DNA of 44,734 nt from a virus: the IMG/VR virus record IMGVR_UViG_3300048636_000162; one strand, written 5' to 3'. A program made the translations under genes and the position numbers. Positions 42,187-44,734 of the stretch are shown here, one piece after another; position 1 is the stretch's first letter; each line of letters starts with the position of its first letter. The notes under the pieces are model-generated. The model had not been told where the DNA came from, ran no database searches, and saw only the letters and a program-made list of their open reading frames with translations.

Positions 42187-42315
42187 TCAGAAAAAAGTGA
42201 TGATGGAAGCGCCGATTGCCAGCCCTGCCAGGACGGCGACAGTATTGATCAGAATCAGCCACAGGTAGGGCAGGATGCCGTCTGCTCGCCGCTGCATGTC
42301 ATGCTCGCCGGTCAT
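42187..42315 (-). CDS. Tiny membrane peptide (42 aa; alternative ATG 42297 gives 36 aa)
   Basis: ILPYLWLILINTVAVLAGLAIGASIITFF is hydrophobic. agagga SD lies before ATG 42315. Confidence 0.45.
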   Translation of the reverse strand: MTGEHDMQRRADGILPYLWLILINTVAVLAGLAIGASIITFF

Positions 42316-42571
42316 ACAGCCCGTCCTCTGAGTCGATGTCAAGCAGGTCGAGGATACCGCCCGCCGAGTTGAGGATGAAGTCCCAGGACAGGCCGTCCTC
42401 GCGGAACATCGTTTCCGGATCGCAGGTGTGGCCTTCCTCTGCCCAGTGTGCCTCAAAAGCCCCTTGCACCGCTTGATCTATCTCGCGGTCGGTGCGGTCG
42501 ATCTTGGCGTCGAACAGACGCATCCAGAGTGCGTCCGTGATGTACGGGTGCATCAGTATGTCGGTGCTCAT
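42299..42571 (-). CDS. Hypothetical acidic protein (90 aa)
   Basis: gaaagga SD precedes ATG 42571 (MSTDILMHPYITDALW...). Confidence 0.6.
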   Translation of the reverse strand: MSTDILMHPYITDALWMRLFDAKIDRTDREIDQAVQGAFEAHWAEEGHTCDPETMFREDGLSWDFILNSAGGILDLLDIDSEDGLYDRRA

Positions 42572-42735
42572 CGTGCGATCCTTTCGTTGTGCTGCCGCAT
42601 GAAGCGGTCGAAGCTCTCTTGTGAGGCGGCGCGAAGGTGCTCTTTGGCTGCACGGTCGCTCTTGATCCATTTGGCAAACTCGCGGCTAGGTGCCTGTCGA
42701 GTGCTGTCCTGTCGAGTGCTGTCCTGTCGAGTCAC
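42568..42735 (-). CDS. Small protein (55 aa) starting with a (TRQDS)x2 repeat; below the track cutoff
   Basis: GTGA junction upstream and ATGA junction downstream. By hand count this frame has about 24/33 GC3 over its 3' half, versus about 15/33 for the alternative extension of the 42299 ORF. Confidence 0.45.
   Translation of the reverse strand: MTRQDSTRQDSTRQAPSREFAKWIKSDRAAKEHLRAASQESFDRFMRQHNERIAR
42693..42735. repeat. 2.9 copies of a 15-bp tandem repeat (cctgtcgagtgctgt)
   Basis: Direct reading: 42693-42707, 42708-42722, and a partial copy at 42723-42735. Confidence 0.85.
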
Positions 42736-43220
42736 GACAGGTGTCCCCGCGTAAGGGCGTAGCCGCCGTCTGAGTGCATCTTCCCCCGCCGGTACTCACG
42801 ATCCCCGTTGGCGTGGTCGTTCGATGGGCAACGCTTCACCAACCGATTGTTACGGGCTTTCTCAGTGTGCGGGTGCCCTGTGCATGGTGCGCCGTCATTG
42901 AAGATCATGCTGCTCACGCTGTAGACGAGGTGAAAGGTCATGTCCATTCCGCACCCGTTGACCTTGAGTCCCCCGCTCGGGTGTTCACGAAACAGGCCCG
43001 TTCGGGCGATGAGGCGGTCAAGGGAGCGGGGAAACACCTGGCCGAGCGAGTCTTTCGCCATGACGTAGGCGGAAATACGTCGCTGCATTCCGCTGCGGCT
43101 GACGTGACGAACTGTCGTGTATACCGTGTCCCCAGCGCTCAAGAGCTGCCGAAGAGTGTCAACGGCGTCGCGCTGATCTGCCGTTTTGATGTAGCTCGGG
43201 TAGGTAACCTTGCGTCCCAT
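42732..43220 (-). CDS. Hypothetical protein (162 aa)
   Basis: Track ORF. ATG 43220 follows the leader caccacgaaaggcaagatc. Confidence 0.65.
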   Translation of the reverse strand: MGRKVTYPSYIKTADQRDAVDTLRQLLSAGDTVYTTVRHVSRSGMQRRISAYVMAKDSLGQVFPRSLDRLIARTGLFREHPSGGLKVNGCGMDMTFHLVYSVSSMIFNDGAPCTGHPHTEKARNNRLVKRCPSNDHANGDREYRRGKMHSDGGYALTRGHLS

Positions 43221-43304
43221 GATCTTGCCTTTCGTGGTGTCCGCTTAGTCTCATCAGGACCCGTTAGCGGTGTACGGATCGACGCCTCTCGGCGTTTCGA
43301 CAGT

Positions 43305-43574
43305 TCAGGTGTGACGGTAGTAGTTGCGAATCTCGGCCCGCCCTGTGTCCTTGATCCATTCGGACAGCTTCGCCGAGAGGTTGAAACGCTCCCGCTCGCC
43401 CTTGCGGTAGTCCCAGACGTTGATGACCTCAAAGACCGGTCCGTCTACGGTGTCCCAGTGAAGGTCGATGTACGGCCCGCCGTTGTATGTGGCGACGATC
43501 CGCAGACCGTCGACGGTGCGAAACGCGGTGCGCTGTGCAACGACCTTCTGGTCCGGCTCGATGTAGGTGTTCAT
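43305..43574 (-). CDS. Early hypothetical protein (89 aa)
   Basis: gaaaggcagacca precedes ATG 43574. A canonical promoter lies upstream. Confidence 0.65.
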   Translation of the reverse strand: MNTYIEPDQKVVAQRTAFRTVDGLRIVATYNGGPYIDLHWDTVDGPVFEVINVWDYRKGERERFNLSAKLSEWIKDTGRAEIRNYYRHT

Positions 43575-43602
43575 TGGTCTGCCTTTCGTTGTGGTGTATC
43601 TA

Positions 43603-43641
43603 ACGGTATCGGATGTGTGCGGGAATGTCAAGAGAAAAGTT
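43603..43641 (-). promoter_or_regulatory. Early promoter with a conserved 16-nt box
   Basis: Read on the minus strand: AACTTTTCTCTTGACA (43641-43626), 17-nt spacer, TACCGT (43608-43603). Confidence 0.6.
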
Positions 43642-43873
43642 AGTCAAGCATCCCGCACACCGTGGCGACAATATCCATTTCGATGTTCTCTCGCGGGTCA
43701 TTGCCGTCTGCGCTGCCGAAGAGGTTGGCGATCAGCTCGACCTGTCCGCGCAGGTACTCACTGCCGAGCATGTCAGCAACGTCCGCGCCCGTCCAAAGGT
43801 CATCCACGGCCCGAAGTGCTTGGACGTACAGTATGTCGAGCGTCGGGTGTGATGTGTGGTGCTTGAGGTCCAT
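43640..43873 (-). CDS. Early acidic hypothetical protein (77 aa)
   Basis: gaaaggcgagatc precedes ATG 43873. Confidence 0.65.
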   Translation of the reverse strand: MDLKHHTSHPTLDILYVQALRAVDDLWTGADVADMLGSEYLRGQVELIANLFGSADGNDPRENIEMDIVATVCGMLD

Positions 43874-43910
43874 GATCTCGCCTTTCTAGCGGTATGTGGT
43901 GATGGGTACT

Positions 43911-43949
43911 ACTCTGCCGAGGTTCGGGAAGAATGTCAAGAGAAAAGTT
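43911..43949 (-). promoter_or_regulatory. Early promoter with a conserved 16-nt box
   Basis: Read on the minus strand: AACTTTTCTCTTGACA (43949-43934), 17-nt spacer, CAGAGT (43916-43911). Confidence 0.45.
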
Positions 43950-44169
43950 AGTGTTTCGCAGGGAACAGTACGTCCTTAAGGGTTTGCCGGGTGAGCTTCC
44001 GGTTCTGAAACCGGGACAGGTTATAACGGCCCAGTGCGCGGTCCTTCGTCCACACGTAGACGCATTCCCCCACTTGACCTTCGTGGTACAGCTCTCCGTA
44101 AAAGATGTGTTCGCGGGAGTTGCCGTAAGCGTCGGTCACTGTCCGGGTGATGCGAACCTTCTTTGCCAT
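43948..44169 (-). CDS. First early hypothetical protein (73 aa)
   Basis: gaaaggcgagatc precedes ATG 44169 (MAKKVRITRTVTDAYGNSREHIFYGELYHEG...). Confidence 0.65.
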   Translation of the reverse strand: MAKKVRITRTVTDAYGNSREHIFYGELYHEGQVGECVYVWTKDRALGRYNLSRFQNRKLTRQTLKDVLFPAKH

Positions 44170-44204
44170 GATCTCGCCTTTCAACGGTATGTGGTGATGT
44201 ACCC

Positions 44205-44243
44205 ATCATGTCGAGGGTTGTGGGTTTTGTCAAGAGAAAAGTT
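44205..44243 (-). promoter_or_regulatory. Leftmost-arm early promoter with a conserved 16-nt box
   Basis: Read on the minus strand: AACTTTTCTCTTGACA (44243-44228), 17-nt spacer, CATGAT (44210-44205). Confidence 0.45.
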
Positions 44244-44287
44244 TCTCATAAGTTATGTTCCGAACGAACTGTAATCGACATTCGAAC

Positions 44288-44303
44288 ATCCTTTCTCTTG
44301 ACA
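44288..44303 (+). promoter_or_regulatory. Inverted (rightward-facing) 14/16 copy of the conserved box ending in TTGACA
   Basis: atcctttctcTTGACA. No convincing -10 lies at 16-18 nt (TAGGAT is only 7 nt away). Confidence 0.35.
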
Positions 44304-44362
44304 TAGGTGATAGGATCATCTCAGTCCCCGAGAGGGATGAGACAGAGATGACCGGCTGAACG

Positions 44363-44564
44363 GTAACGGTTACTGTAACGCTGGAGATGCGAACAGACAC
44401 AAGCGCCAAGCCCCTTCGGGGCAGGCGCTATTTGTTTGAAAGCGGGATGGTCGAATTCTTCCGTTACTGCAACATGTTACGGTAACAAATTTAGTGTTAC
44501 TGAAACACAGTGTTACTGAAACATGTTACCGATTGTGGGCGTTACTGAAATCTGTTACGGTAAC
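44363..44564. repeat. Cluster of 12 GTTAC/GTAAC pentamers (candidate operators or origin iterons)
   Basis: Three copies lie in 44363-44379 and nine in 44463-44564. They include TGTTACTGAAAC x2, CGTTACTGAAAT, and the inverted pair GTTACGGTAAC x2. Confidence 0.7.
44402..44437 (+). terminator. Intrinsic-terminator-like hairpin with a T-run in the control region
   Basis: agcgccaagcccc / ttcg / ggggcaggcgct, followed by atttgttt. Confidence 0.6.
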
Positions 44565-44567
44565 ACT

Positions 44568-44734
44568 ATGAGTGACAGAATTGCGAAGCTGCGAGAGCGG
44601 CGTAAGTCCATCCGAGACGAGAGCGATCGGAAGGCAGAGCAAAACGGATTCCGTCGGATAGCCGCCCTCGTCTACATCAATGACGACGGGCAGTTGCGGG
44701 TCTTAGATGAAGACACAGGCAAGCCCATCGGGGA
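44568..44734 (+). CDS. 5' part of a gene that wraps the window junction; hypothetical protein (132 aa when joined to 128-359)
   Basis: ATG 44568 (MSDRIAKLRERRKSIRDESDRK...) runs in frame through the 127-bp overlap into ORF 87-359. An alternative in-frame ATG lies at 44523. There is no clear SD. Confidence 0.6.
   Translation, partial: MSDRIAKLRERRKSIRDESDRKAEQNGFRRIAALVYINDDGQLRVLDEDTGKPIG
44608..44734. repeat. Terminal overlap copy 2 (identical to 1-127)
   Basis: Same comparison as for copy 1. Confidence 0.95.

Noticed and set aside
44304-44326. TAGGAT (44311-44316) as the -10 for the rightward TTGACA at 44298-44303.
   Set aside because: The spacer would be only 7 nt, and no TAnnnT-like hexamer lies at 16-18 nt. 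The rightward box is therefore reported only as a motif copy, not as a confident promoter.
44440-44465. ggtcgaattc resembles a tRNA T-arm (GGTTCGAAT), and the region is non-coding.
   Set aside because: No acceptor, D or anticodon stems can be drawn around it. I found no tRNA-like cloverleaf anywhere in the window by eye.

Overview
The window is a complete, circularly closed dsDNA phage genome. Bases 1-127 are identical to 44608-44734, leaving 44,607 bp unique. It has an actinobacterial style: high GC, GGAGG/GAAAGG Shine-Dalgarno sites, frequent GTG/TTG starts, and many ATGA/GTGA/TGATG coupled gene junctions. There are two transcription arms.

(1) Rightward (+) arm, about 1.4-28.0 kb. It carries small unknown genes, a possible small-terminase-like DNA-binding protein, and a lysis cassette (M15 endolysin plus three membrane or small proteins). 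These are followed by large terminase, portal, scaffold, major capsid, an HNH endonuclease bracketed by two hairpins, and two paralogous small genes. Next come a beta-helix tailspike, adaptor/tail-like proteins, four presumed internal virion proteins (one of 1596 aa) and a second M15 peptidase. The arm ends at a strong bidirectional terminator (27998-28039).

(2) Leftward (-) arm, 44.17 kb down to 28.08 kb. It starts with three short early genes with repeated promoter/leader units, then a pentapeptide-repeat protein and a run of tiny translationally coupled ORFs. Then come a wHTH protein, SNF2 helicase, HNH-like nuclease, DnaQ-like exonuclease, Cas4/RecB-like nuclease, AAA_24 (Sak4-like) ATPase and an SSB-like protein. 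The arm finishes with Prim-Pol/helicase, family A DNA polymerase and RuvC-like resolvase.

A divergent control region (about 43.6-44.57 kb) holds repeated promoter boxes, a dense GTTAC/GTAAC array and an orphan terminator. A small leftward two-gene cassette (485-1269) sits apart from both arms.

I recognised no integrase, repressor, tRNA or CRISPR array. There is no tape-measure/Dit/Tal layout, so a virulent podovirus-like phage is the best reading (inference).

All functions come from reading motifs in the supplied translations and from synteny. No database search was possible, and many starts were re-picked by hand from SD sites and gene coupling.
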